This document shows positions 1 through 12,042 of a DNA stretch of 64,000 bases, in pieces. Within the stretch, counting starts at the first letter, position 1; each line of letters begins with the position of its first letter. A model generated the notes under the pieces. That model saw nothing but the letters and a program-made list of their open reading frames with translations, searched no databases and was not told the DNA's origin. Source of the stretch: Spironucleus salmonicida. Taxonomy: Eukaryota. The position numbers and the translations under genes were made by a program. The DNA lies in assembly GCF_000497125.1 (NCBI RefSeq), contig NC_090602.1, positions 1,178,001 through 1,242,000 on the forward strand, read 5' to 3'.

Positions 1-90
1 TATGATATTATATATTATCATTTATTTTTACTTATTCTAAAGTATAATTATATATAATTATTTAGTTCTATCTATTTCCACTTCTTTAAT

Positions 91-2526
91 ATGTCTATAG
101 TGGAGATAGGTGCTTCTGCATTAACTCCAGAAAAAATTTATGAACTTCTTCACAGTAAGGGAATAGCAATATTAGATTCATCTGTATCTGCTCGTTTTAC
201 TACTAAAACATCTATAGAATATATAGTTTCAGATTGCAAAACAGAAAGGGATTCAAATCTTTTAGCATTCATATTATAGCTTTTAAATACTGATAATTCT
301 GTTCCTATTGAATAACTTTAACAATTAATTGCTGGTTTTCATGATAATAAAAGCCTTATTTCTACTCCTATCCATTATACTAATTTCTCAGCTTCTTCAG
401 TTTCGTATTTAGTTTCTATCTCTACATCAGTTTTAACATTTGCATATTCTGTATTTTCAGAGCTAGTATGTATTAAATCTGGAGCTTTTATGCAAGAAAA
501 AGCATTTACTGTAAGAAATTTCAATCAGGTAGCGAAGAATCTTAGTGAAGAAGTTAGAATTTATGCCAATGGATCAAAGAAACATGATTTGAAAAAAGGA
601 GACTAGAATAATCAGTTTTTAAACATAGTTAAATTAAAAGAAAATGACATAATCTTGAGATAAAAGGCAAGAGAGGAACTGAAATGTGGTGTTTATCAAG
701 ATGGTATGGAGAACTAGATATAGTATTAATTTTTTGAATCCTTATATTCATCATTGTTAAACGCTTATTAAGATTCAGTATATAGAGAATTCAATTTGAA
801 ACAATTCAGTCACATAGATGGAAATTGGAAACCAACCTAACTCATGACTCCAGTTTAAACTTCACCATTACTTGAAGACCTTCCAACACTGCTTTATTCA
901 TAACTTTAATCTGAATTATAAACTTCAATTCATCTCCTTTTAAGTGCACAAAGTGCTCTTAAGAAGGGTAAATTACAAATTGGAGAGGGAGTAATGCTAT
1001 TTTTGAATCAACTTTCTACTTCTTCTCCCACAAACAACTTTCCACGTCTTTCAGTTATTTCCCTCATTCTTAAAAATACAATTTTACCATCAAATCAGTC
1101 ACATAGAGTACCAATCCCACCTCCTGGCACTCGTGATCTTTTGCCTAACTAAATGCACTCTAGAAAGCTTGCATTAAACCTTATTACTGAAATTTTCGAG
1201 AAACACGGAGCACTTTAAATCGAGACTCCGACGTTTGAAACAAGAGCAGTATTGATGGGAAAATACGGTGAGGACCAGAAACTGATTTTTAACTTGGAGA
1301 ATTTTGGAGAAGAAATCTGCGCTTTACGCTACGACTTGACAGTGCCATTTTCGCGGTTTTGTGCCACGAACGGAATTAGCTAAATAAAACGTTATCAAAT
1401 AGGTAGAGTCTTCAGACGTGATAAGCCCGTTATGGAAAAAGGCCGTTTCCGCGAATTCTATCAATGTGATTTTGATATTGCTGGAAATTATGCTAGTAAT
1501 GTTCCTGATGCCGAAATATTGTGTGTTATCAGTGAAATTCTTAGTGGACTGAAATTAGGAGATTTCACAGTTATAGTTAGTGATAGAAGAATCTTAGATG
1601 CCGTTATGGGCCTCTGTGGGGTATAAAATGACAAACTAAGAGCTGTATGCGGTTGCGTAGATCAATTAGACAAAATAAGTCAGGAAGAAGTTATCGAGAA
1701 GATTGTCGGTAAAGGTGTAGACCGCGAAATTGGTGTGAATGTGATGAAAATGCTCGGTTTTAAGTCCTCTGGATAAGAGTTTTAAGATAAAGTCAAAGAA
1801 CTAGAATAAAACCAGGAGCTATTTACGGTTATTAAACCTTATTTGGAGGATTTAGCTGAGGTACTAAATTATCTCAAGTTATTTAACGCATAAGCATTGA
1901 AATCGATAGTTATTGATTTTTCACTTGCTAGAGGTTTGGATTATTACACTGGTATGATATTCGAGGCAAAAATGACCAAGACAAACTCTTCAATTGCAGG
2001 TGGCGGTAGGTATGATAAGTTGCTATAAAACAATATACCAGCAGTGGGTGGAAGTGTAGGAATTGAGCGTATTTTTGCATTATTAGAGCAAAAATCCTCT
2101 CAGAAATAGCTTCTCCACGTTTTCATAGCCGCAGCCCCAGGTTCTAGCTTAAAGGAAAGAGTCAGGTTAGCAGGAATGTTGCAGTAAAATAATGTAAAAT
2201 GCGGATTATGTCTGAAGGATGCTGGGTCTCTTAAGTAAATGAAGAAGGATATAGATGAGGCGGTGGAAGCAGGCTGCAAATTTTGTATTTTCTAAGGCGG
2301 TGAAGAAATGGAAAGAGAGGTTTTATAAGTTAAAGACTTAGAAACAGAAGAGTAAGTAGAAATTAAGGCAGATGAGATGTTGTAATATATTTTACAGAGA
2401 TTGGGTGCTAAATATATAGAGTTCAGAGACTAATGGATGAAGTGGATCGTTCAGAGAGTTTAAGAAGGAGAAATTACGGTTGATGATATGATGAAGATGA
2501 TCCAAGAACTGAATACCAAAGAGTGA
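91..2526 (+). CDS. HARS: Histidyl-tRNA synthetase (811 aa) with ~340-aa N-terminal extension
   Basis: Single frame with TAR=Gln; motifs [54 protein letters not shown]; ends GAG TGA. Confidence 0.95.
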
Positions 2527-2538
2527 GAAAAACACTAA

Positions 2539-4110
2539 TCACATCACAAGTTAGATCTCGGAAAGATTATATTCCGATTCAGTGTTTTCTAAGGGCTAAT
2601 CGTCCACCGTGTCAGTTTTACCAAAAGCGATTTTCCAGGTCAGCTTAATACTATTCTGCCTACAATACTTCTTTAAATAGTAATAGATAATTCCGACTGA
2701 AATAATGCCACTTATGACGTCATTTATGTTGAAACTAGACATACTGACGTAAAAATTAGCCTTTGGACTCAGACCGTCGCTAGAGTAGCACAGAATTACG
2801 AACAACACCGGAATAAGCAGTATTTGCGTCACAATGGCCACAACGAATCCCTGCCAGAACAAATCTGCGGCCTGGCAGTAGGTGGTGCTCAGATACTGCA
2901 ACGGCAGTATGATGCCGGATGCGCAGAAAATCCTGATGATGTCCGACGCCGTTTTGACGTAAAGCTCGTTTGAGGAGAACACCAGCGCCAGATAGTTTGC
3001 AAACGCGGCGACTGCGCACAGAAACGTGAAATTGAGCAGGCAGACGTAGAAGACGATGACGATGGAGAGCTGCACGAATCGCGTCTTGCGGCCCGCCCCG
3101 CGCGCGTACGCGGCAGCAGTCAGGTAGCTCCCAGTCGAGTTGTAGCATACGCCGGCGGTGACGTTGTATACCGTACTAAGCGTTCCCCAGGCCGCTAGAA
3201 CCTGCTCGTAGACGGCTTTCTTCTGGTCGATATCCGGCGTTTCGTCGGCATAGCGATTCGCGATTTTCGTGATCAGCACCTGCACCGTGCCCAAAACGAT
3301 CATGCCCGAAGCGCTGGAAATTAAGTCTATGATGCCGATTTTGCAACAATTCTTCAACAATTCGATTTTCCACTTCTTCAAAATCAGCCTAGGGCGAATT
3401 TTGACCACACACGTTTTCTATATCAAAATGAGTGATATAAGCAAGCTGGGGACGTAGCTGATGATGTTCGCGAGGCCGGGACCGAAAATTCCCATATCCG
3501 TTAAAAACAGGAAGCAGGGGCACATGATGGCCAAATTGAGCACCTGCTGCCCGATTTGCATGTAGAGATAAAAGGACATTTGGCCGGTTCCCATGAAAAT
3601 CGCTAGCAAAACGTTGTACCAGATGATGAGAATGGAACCTGCCAACTGAGGCAAAATAAAATCGTAAGCTAGGCCTATGACCTCTACGCCATTGTGCTCG
3701 TCGACGAGAATACCTAAAATTTGACGTAGGCAAGGGACGAGGCAAACGGCGATTAAAACACCGCATATGGTTCCTAATAGGAGCATTTGCATAACGAGGG
3801 CCTCTGCGTGTTCAATTTCGCCTTTTCCAATGCAGTTTCCGATGCAGGCGGAACCACCTACTGCAAAGAACCAGCCGAACATGAATGCCAAATACTCAAA
3901 TGGACCTGCAATCGCTACAGCAGCCAGCTACGCTTCTGCGTTAGGTTACGTGCGTGTTACCAAAATGGGAATTACGAAGAGATATAAAGCTGAAATTAGA
4001 TATGAAATGAGTTAACGAGATGCTAAGGATGCTATTGTTCGTAATGGTGACTTTGATCCTAGTGTAATATCCTCTGCTGTGAGTTCGTTCGTCGGATAGG
4101 TAGAAGACAT
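2539..4110 (-). CDS. MATE family efflux transporter (523 aa)
   Basis: Track ORFs 3418-3891 and 2596-3408 share a frame and join across a TAG; many hydrophobic helices; AAVAIAG, IGNCIGKG and MGIFGPGLA segments typical of MATE. Confidence 0.85.
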
Positions 4111-4239
4111 TAATAGGTGAAATAATTAACAGTTAACTTATTAAATAAAATATACATTTTTAATATGAAAAATTGGTATTCATAAAAAGATAAGTCAAAT
4201 GTAAGATAAATTTTCTGATCAGAGTATGCATAAATCCCC

Positions 4240-4953
4240 TCATTATATTTGCACTGCTAAGCTAGCCCCAAAGATCGCAAGCAGGCACACACCGAACATC
4301 TTACTCAGTCTACTCTTTTTCTTTAAATCTTGCAATTTTGTTGATAGGTCGGTTTCGCTTTCACCGAACTTGGATTTTTTGTCCTCAATTAAATCCTCCA
4401 ATTTCTATTTCTCATGCAGAATTTTCTCTGTATTCTTCTGTTATTACTATAAATCTAAATTTAGCTTTTCTATCATTATTTATTTTTCTTTTTGCTCAGC
4501 ATTAAGTAGTTCGTGGGTATTTTCAAGTTACGATATCTCCTTTTCCAGAATTTCTAAATTGGTTTCAGCTTCCATTTGTGCTTTTTCCAGCGTCTCTAAG
4601 TTATTCAATATCTCGTTATTTTCATCTTCAATTTCCTAAATTATATCATCTTTCTCGTGCGATGCCGTTCTAAGAATTTCAATCTCGACTTCATAGTTCC
4701 TTTTTAGTTACTCAGATTACGTTTTCATTTGTTCAATTGTAAGCTCTTAATAATTTGCGTTTGATTTTAAAGATTTTAACTCTTCGAACACCATTCCTAG
4801 CTTATCTTCAACTTTTACACGTTCAGTTATTTCGCGTTAAAGTAGTTTTTCCGTTTCTGGCATACGAGAAATACGTGTAGATGGAGTTCTAATTGATGAA
4901 TTAAGGTTTCCTAGGGTCGCAGTGTTGCAGGGAGAGACTTCGGATTTCTGCAT
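4240..4953 (-). CDS. Coiled-coil protein with C-terminal tail anchor (237 aa)
   Basis: MQKSEVSP start, E/Q/K-rich heptads, ends KKKSRLSKMFGVCLLAIFGASLAVQIQ*; C-rich tract upstream of ATG. Confidence 0.7.
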
Positions 4954-5166
4954 GAATTTTAGGGGTTGGGAAGAAGTTATATTTATACATATAATAATAG
5001 TAATATTATTGTACTAGAATTATTGACCATATATAGTCTATTCAATTAATTTAAAGTGAGAAAATATAGATATAAATGATTATATACAAGAAATTTATAA
5101 TTGTAATAATAACTTGTATATACTAAATAATAAATATAATTTATATAATATTAATAATACAGATTA

Positions 5167-5652
5167 ATGTTTTAACCAAGTCAAAAATTAAAAAATGAAA
5201 TCACTATTTCAGAATTTAAAATTTTTCCAGAATCATCTATACCAATTAAGTATTAAAGTATTTAGTAAACGCTGGATTCTACTGGAATCAAGTAAATGAA
5301 AGCACTTTTAGCATTAAAGACTAAAGAAATTAAAGACAAAGACAATAAAATTTTAGCTCTTTAAACATCAAATTAGCAGATCATTAAAAAATATGAAATG
5401 TAATCCAGATAAATCAATACCCTCATAAAGCAGTTTTAAGAGTCTGAAGAAAAATTATAAATATTAACCCAGAAACTAACATGGACAATAAAGTAGTTGA
5501 ATCTGAGGGATGCAGAGTTAAAAATTAATGGTTTACGTAAGGAAAAGGGTAAGAAACTAGAAATAGTTCACTTAGTAAAGGATTTTTATGTTCCAAAACT
5601 GAACGTCACCCAAGAGGAGTTATAGATAATAAACTAGTATCTGACCGAGTGA
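5167..5652 (+). CDS. Hypothetical coiled-coil protein (161 aa)
   Basis: ATG after AT-rich spacer, open to GAG TGA. Confidence 0.6.
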
Positions 5653-5654
5653 GT

Positions 5655-6371
5655 TCATTCTATGAGCTTATAAGGACCATGTTTTCTCTAATAGGGTTTC
5701 TTTCGTTACATCTCGTACAGATTGGATTTTATCTGAACTGGGGACTTAGAACCTGGGAAAACTTAATATTCTGGTTTTTTATACATGTCATTGAGATGAA
5801 GTCCTTGTTTTTATGTCTGCTTAATATAATCAAATGAATGACCTTAACATAGCATATACATATCTCTCATTTTTACTGCAATATCCGCTTCATATTCGTT
5901 CATTTTAAAAGACAATGCGTTAGGAAAATCAGAGTTTTATTGCCCGTTTCTAGTTACCGGATCTGTGATGTTCTGAACTGTATTCTATTTCTATGTTTTA
6001 ACTATTTACTAACCTACTTAAAAGCGGGAGTCTGGTATTGATGGTTTTTAAAACTAAAGTGTATCAAGAACTTTCTAAGGTTGAGGTCGTGGTCTCTCCT
6101 CTCGTAGACATTCTCTTTATGCCATAAATTGTTCTAGCTTGCCTTAATCAAAATCTTATAATGTGGTTCTTGTTGCTAGTCTAAGACAGTGATTCTTTTA
6201 AACATCTTTATGAGGATTATCAAATGCTGATACTAACCGCTTGACTGATTTTGGTCTAGACAATGGTCTTTATCCGGTTGTTGGTCTAGACCGAAGAGGT
6301 GTCATAGATCCTGTAAGAAATGTATGTTGTTTGTAGTCTGGATAGTTTGACAAAAATTCTAAGGATTTCAT
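5655..6371 (-). CDS. Hypothetical basic low-complexity protein (238 aa)
   Basis: MKSLEFLSNYPDY...RSRPTTGQRPLSRPKS; ATG and TGA share a frame. Confidence 0.6.
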
Positions 6372-6525
6372 TCTAAATTGAAGCGGTATGTAGGTTATCA
6401 ATCTTATATATATTTAGAAGGTGATGTTGCGTAAAAATTTATATATAAGATCATATAATTTGTTTAATTTATTATATGAACTATCCAATAATAGCATTAA
6501 TTTATATCAATATAATTTTCACAAA

Positions 6526-7521
6526 ATGACATTTTATCAATAACTGGCATTATGCCGATTCATGAATAAAGTTGTGCATAAATTAAAAAGCACTACTTAA
6601 AATTAATAAATTCTTAAGCTTACTAAATTTTCAATTGAATAAAGCCAATACTCAAACTAAATCACTAAAATACTCTACAATCTCCGAGAAATTACGTAAT
6701 CTTACCAAGCTGATATTACTATAATTATGAAAATTACATTTAATTGTATTCGGTTTTTCTTTTAGTTCACTCAATACGATAAGAAATTATTCATTTCAAT
6801 TATTGCTAACACCTCTACATATTTTCCTGAATCATCAATCCACTTTATTCCTTTTATATAATAAAATTTTCTTCCCTGCTAGATAATTTAACTCTTTGAT
6901 CCTGAGACTGACAAGGAGAACCTGTTAAGTACGTTTTTCAGATTATTAATGAACCTATCGAAACAGCTTAAGTATGTTTAATAGAATGGTATTTATATAA
7001 GTTTTTTAGCTATCTATGGCTAGGTATATCAATTTTTTATAGATAGCCCTACTGATTTAAGGATGCGCTTCTTTTAAGGAAGACAAGATGCTTCTTAAAA
7101 TTTTACATCTACTGTTAAAAATTTGATTGTAGGCAATATTGAATTTATTCCATCCTCAAACCTAGGATCTTTATTCCTCTCCTTATGTGATCTAACTGAT
7201 TCTTACATTTTACTAGAACGCTGTTTGGAATATTTACCTGATTCGGATAGTGTGATAGAGAAATTCGTGCAACAGTTTGATGATTATTCATATAATAAGA
7301 ATTACATCAAGTTATTATTAGTTTTTAGTAAAAATGAAATCTTGAATCTTGATTTTGATATATTAGTAATACAAATTTTATCGCTTAGTGAACATAGTAG
7401 TATTATTGATTAAATTTTATGCTTCTAAAATATACTTAGAGACGGAGAATGGGATCATATTTTGTCGTTTGAGTGGGATCCAGCAGATGGAGAATGGGAC
7501 TTTTTGTAATGGGCGTAGTGA
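6526..7521 (+). CDS. Hypothetical protein (331 aa)
   Basis: Contains track ORF 7123-7413 in frame; C-terminus has DGEWD twice; ends TAG TGA. Confidence 0.65.
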
Positions 7522-7533
7522 ATATTTAAAAAC

Positions 7534-8130
7534 TCACATAATTACACTTTCAAACTATGATTTTAGAATAATATGCTCTACACAGTCTTCTTTACATTAT
7601 TGTAACTTTCTTTTTAAAATAATTCGTTAATGACCACTTTTGATCGGAATAATCCCAATCGAAGGCTTACAAAAAAGTAAAATTTTTGCTAACTACTATG
7701 TTGTTGACAACTATTGGGCTAATTTATGATGTAATCCGTAGTCAATGAGATAGAATTAATTATTACACTTAAGTACTGAATTTTATGTTATATTATGTAT
7801 TTATATATTGTTACTTTCTAAGAATTTTATTATTTATGAGAGAAATATATACAACTGATCAACATTTGTTTCTTTATCTATTTTGGAGCCTTTAATATAC
7901 TAAATGATTTAATACATCCTAGAATCAATAATTTGGATCCCAATACTTTTCACTAATCCAGGATAATATTAAAGAGAATGTATTCGGTCTATTTCATCTA
8001 TATTTTCTTAATTATGATCAAATTATCGACAAATGAAATGTTTATGACCATTGTATGCTCCTTTAGAAGGCCAATTTCCGTATTATACACTCCTATTAGT
8101 AATTTTCATATCAAGCACTTTTTTAGGCAT
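7534..8130 (-). CDS. Degenerate protein-kinase-like protein (198 aa), probable pseudokinase
   Basis: YPGLVKS (HPNIVK-like), FLESNNIQIHNITQNSVL (catalytic-loop-like, no HRD), FYLIDYG (DFG-like). Confidence 0.55.
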
Positions 8131-8319
8131 TTATTTTTAATATTTTATAATATGTATATATAAGTATATTATATCCATGTAATACTTTCTCAATTATATG
8201 ATATAGTTATGCAACTATTTCTGGTATTCATATAACAGCCTTTATACGTTATCCTTAAATTATTTTAAGTGCATTTCATGTCAATATCTACTGTTAGCAT
8301 ATCTAAACTATCTACATCC

Positions 8320-9414
8320 TCACTTAATTGCTTTGCCCTAGTTCATCAAAATAATCATATATTCGTTAAGAAACTACGCCATTTCGAGCAGCTCAGCCTC
8401 GTTTCGAAAATTGTTCATTTCAATCATTTTGTAGCTCTCTTTTGGAGTGAAATTTCGATCAATAAATGTATTAACACTATCCAAACTGACTGACCTGAAA
8501 TCACCTCCTTCTATAGCTTCCCCGTCCTTGGCGTCTCCAACAACCTGGCAGTTAAAACACTGGCAATTTGCGCACCACACACCGCAGTTTGAGCTGAAAA
8601 CGCCGTAAAACTCACGTTCGCACTCTCTGCACAGGGCCTTACAATTTTGCATTTTGAACATAAAAAACTATCTTTTACGAATCTATTTCAATTTCCACTT
8701 TTCTCTCCTTTCGCCACAAATTCCTATTTTCAGGCAAATCGGACATGTTAATTTTCCGTAATTTTTGAAGCAGAAAACGTGAATTTGATGCCCACAGTGC
8801 AGAATCTGGCAGTTCTAGCTCATCTCGTCCAGGCAAATCGGACAGTTTCCTGAGATTTTGACGCAGTTGTGAGTTGCAAAATTGGATTTTTTGATGCATT
8901 TATCGCAATTATTACAATGCTGAAAATCATTTTTCTTTCCTATTCGGCAAGTATTGCAAGATATACAGTGAAAAAGTGGCTTAATTACAGGTTCTATAGA
9001 AGTTAATAAAGGGCAAAATTAGCAAATTTGTGAAGCTAAAACCTGGTCACAATTAATACAAATTTTACCCATTTGCTATGTTTTTGCACAGAATTTGCAA
9101 GCTATTTGAAAGTATTCGAATTTGTGGTCATAAGTTTCGTTGTGGCATCGCCTGCAACTTGTTAAATTTTTGCACACTTTACAAACGTAAAAAGCGCCAG
9201 AAACTTCGTGGTCGCATGCTAAAGCATACTGGACAGAATACGATTCAATGTGGGTTTGCTTATTGATAACTTTATTAACATTTTTAAGCAAAAACTGCTT
9301 CTCTTCGGTGATAATTGATTAGATAAAATGATCTTGAGTTCTATCTGCGTATGTGCGTGTTTAAACTAATACTTGGCGTGAGTTTTCGTCGATTTTATCA
9401 ACTATTAAATTCAT
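8320..9414 (-). CDS. RCHY1: CHY zinc finger / RING-H2 / zinc-ribbon protein, Pirh2-like (364 aa)
   Basis: CDH...CKVC...CRRCH (CHY), FHCISCNTCRIG, CPICL...CGHQIHVFC...CPIC (RING-H2), CREC...CANCQCFN. Confidence 0.85.
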
Positions 9415-9830
9415 TTTATGTATCTTATTATACTATTATTATATGATAATATAAATTTATATACGATTAAATAAATAATATGATTAATATATTGTAAATA
9501 TAAAATAATTTGATTAAATTTAGTTTAAGGAAGAGACAAATTAAATGAGAAAATAACTCGTAGCACTGAGATTACAATATATTTATATGTAGATATCAGT
9601 CTTATATGGAAAATAAGGTGTCAAAAATTAGTTATTCATTTATTAACATCTAATTCTAAACCAATTTATATTCGATATTGTAGATATTTTTACGAGTTTT
9701 AGGAAGTAATATTATTGTTAATTAATAAAAGTTTATTTATTTAGTATACAATTTGTATACTTTCAATATTTTTAATGATTGATTCTATAATAATATTAAA
9801 TCAACAAAATTTATCTGATCTTTATTTAAA

Positions 9831-10283
9831 ATGTCGATTTCAATAATTTTTGCCAGTGAATCCGCCACAACTTGTTCAGTAGCAAATTTAGCTTTTCATA
9901 TTTTAGAAAAGAAAGGTATCTAATCTACAATAGCATAGGCAGATCAAGCAACACCTGATATGTTTAAGCAGACGTTTATGTATTTTACCTCTAGCTATTG
10001 TGTAGGCGATCATCCGAATGTAGCTATTGTGAATAACGAATTTTTCGCACACCAGAAAGAGTTTTAAGAAGCAGTAAAAGGATAAAAATTTGCTGTCTAT
10101 GGTTTAGGTAGCAAAAGCTTCAAAACTTATAATGCTGCGGCTGAAAAAGCCGAATAAGTATTCTCAGCTGCTGGTGGAATTAAAATTATCGATACAATGA
10201 AAATTGATACTACTTAAGGTAGTGGTGAAGATCCAGAGGAACTAGTACATGAATTCATTGATAAATTCATTAACAGCATGTGA
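9831..10283 (+). CDS. Short-chain flavodoxin (150 aa)
   Basis: IIFASESATT (FMN phosphate-loop variant), TSSYCVGDHP, KFAVYGLGSKSF. Confidence 0.85.
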
Positions 10284-10298
10284 GTGAACGTAATATAA

Positions 10299-10877
10299 TC
10301 ATTATAGTTTATCGCTATCAATCTCCTGAATTGTGGTACCATAAAAACATCTCTCTATCCCTAGCTTTTATAGATCGATTAACCCTTACTCCGCTTCTTC
10401 TGTACTTCTACATCCTAAAATCACAAAACTACCATTGGGCTACACAGTAATAATAAAGCGTTTACCATCTTAAATTTTAGTATATTTTGCACCAAATCTT
10501 GCCTCAATATCAAAATCAGCACCTGTGATCTCACAAAATTTATTCAAGTCAACATTTTTGCCATAATCGCCAGTTATTAAGGACTAAAAGACTGAAAATG
10601 AAGTTATTTGGTAACTATCATCTATTTTTCTTAATAATTATCGAACAAAAATAAAATTTTCTCTAACAGATTTTATAGTATCAGAGCCTAGAAGAGTTAT
10701 AAAACCAGCTGCAGTAAGTTTGAAAAATGTGTTGTTGTGTGTGAAAAAAATTACTGCTTAAGAGTGATGCATTTGGGCGATAGGCAATATTTCATACACT
10801 TTATCAAGAGGAATTGAATTAACTTTAGCCTGTGCTGTATAGTGATGTGGTTATAAGGTTAATTTGAAGTCAGTCAT
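10299..10877 (-). CDS. TBP: Highly divergent TATA-binding-protein-like protein (192 aa)
   Basis: Two internal repeats ending AAGFITLLGSDT and PNGSFVILGCRSTEEA, matching the TBP SGKxVxTGAKS pattern; TBP-core size. Confidence 0.65.
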
Positions 10878-10989
10878 TATAAATAAAATTAATAAATTAT
10901 ATTAAACCATATTTTATTATATATTAGTTAAGATGTATTTATTTGAAATAAACATATATAATTTTTATTATCTTCATTGCATTCCTTAA

Positions 10990-11517
10990 ATGGAAGGTAT
11001 TTAATATGCGTTTCCTATGAAGTATAGCTATGAAGCCCCTGAAGTTTCTTTCTATGCACCTTCTGATGATACTTCATGTGGGTCAGCTTATGCTAAAGTT
11101 GCAGACTCAGAAGTTTTTGTTTCTCTTTCAGTTTTTCTTTCACCATCTGATGTTTAAGCTGAGATAGATTCAAAAGAAATCTCATCTGAGTTTGTTTCAA
11201 TGGTATTTAACAGTTTAGAACTTGCTGTTCCAAAATAATAAGATGATGATTTCTTACTTTTTAAAATCAAAATTTAACTTGTTTAAACTGGTGGAAGTGA
11301 TGATTATGCAATTGCATTATGCTTAAATTAACTTGCAATTCATTCATCTATTTCTTTAGATACTCGAGAAAAACTATTTGTCAATTAGCTTGATATAAAT
11401 TTCAGTATTTTCGATTCGTCTGATGTAAACCGTAAATTCAATGGATGTAATCTTTTGTAAAGATAATAACTCCATGGAAAATTTGAGATAAAAGATATCT
11501 GGTAGGAAATATGGTGA
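10990..11517 (+). CDS. Possible RNase PH-fold exosome subunit (175 aa)
   Basis: GSAYAKVADSEVFVS and IQLVQTGGSD resemble RNase PH domain-1 motifs. Confidence 0.4.
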
Positions 11518-11529
11518 TATTATATTTAT

Positions 11530-11958
11530 TCATTCATCGTCATTTTCATAATCAACTTTTATTTTGTATAATATTTCCTCGGATACCAATTTGCTAGTTA
11601 TTGCGGCCGTCAAGGAGAGATTCCATTCATCTTATGAAGCAATATTTTAAAGCATAGGAATAGCTTCCATGAACATAATTTCTTACTATTCTTAATCAAC
11701 TGTCAGAATATCTAGAGAGCCGACTTCAAATATGTTCAATATAGTTATAAATTATATTTTTGTTGAGGAACTGTTTTATTTTACAGAAGCTTTTAACTTA
11801 TTCTTAAGTGACTTAAAACCTTTAAAGGAAAGTGTAATAACTAATGGTTTAGGATCCAAGGAATCATACAACTCGGCCTATATATCATGGTATGACAGAA
11901 AGCTAAGGAAATTCTGAATAAAATCAGCATTTTCGTCATCGTATACTTATAAAAGCAT
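11530..11958 (-). CDS. Hypothetical protein (142 aa)
   Basis: MLLQVYDDENADF...YENDDE*; ATG and TGA share a frame. Confidence 0.55.
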
Positions 11959-12007
11959 TTTAACTTTTAAATAAAATTTATTTATATCATATAATAAGCT
12001 GTTCATT

Positions 12008-12042
12008 TCCATTCCTCACTTCTCCTTTCGCTCCACTCATTA
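12008..12042 (+). promoter_or_regulatory. C-rich pre-ATG motif (TCCACT core) of GlyRS
   Basis: TCCATTCCTCACTTCTCCTTTCGCTCCACTCATTA then ATG; the same hexamer precedes five other genes. Confidence 0.6.

Noticed and set aside
807-1107. 13-bp direct repeat TCAGTCACATAGA within HisRS
   Set aside because: Two copies only, inside coding sequence; compatible with chance
2780-4015. Overlapping track ORFs (2780-3148, 3176-3373, 3269-3457, 3389-3766, 3767-4015, 3787-3987)
   Set aside because: Alternate-frame or antisense shadows of the GC-rich MATE gene
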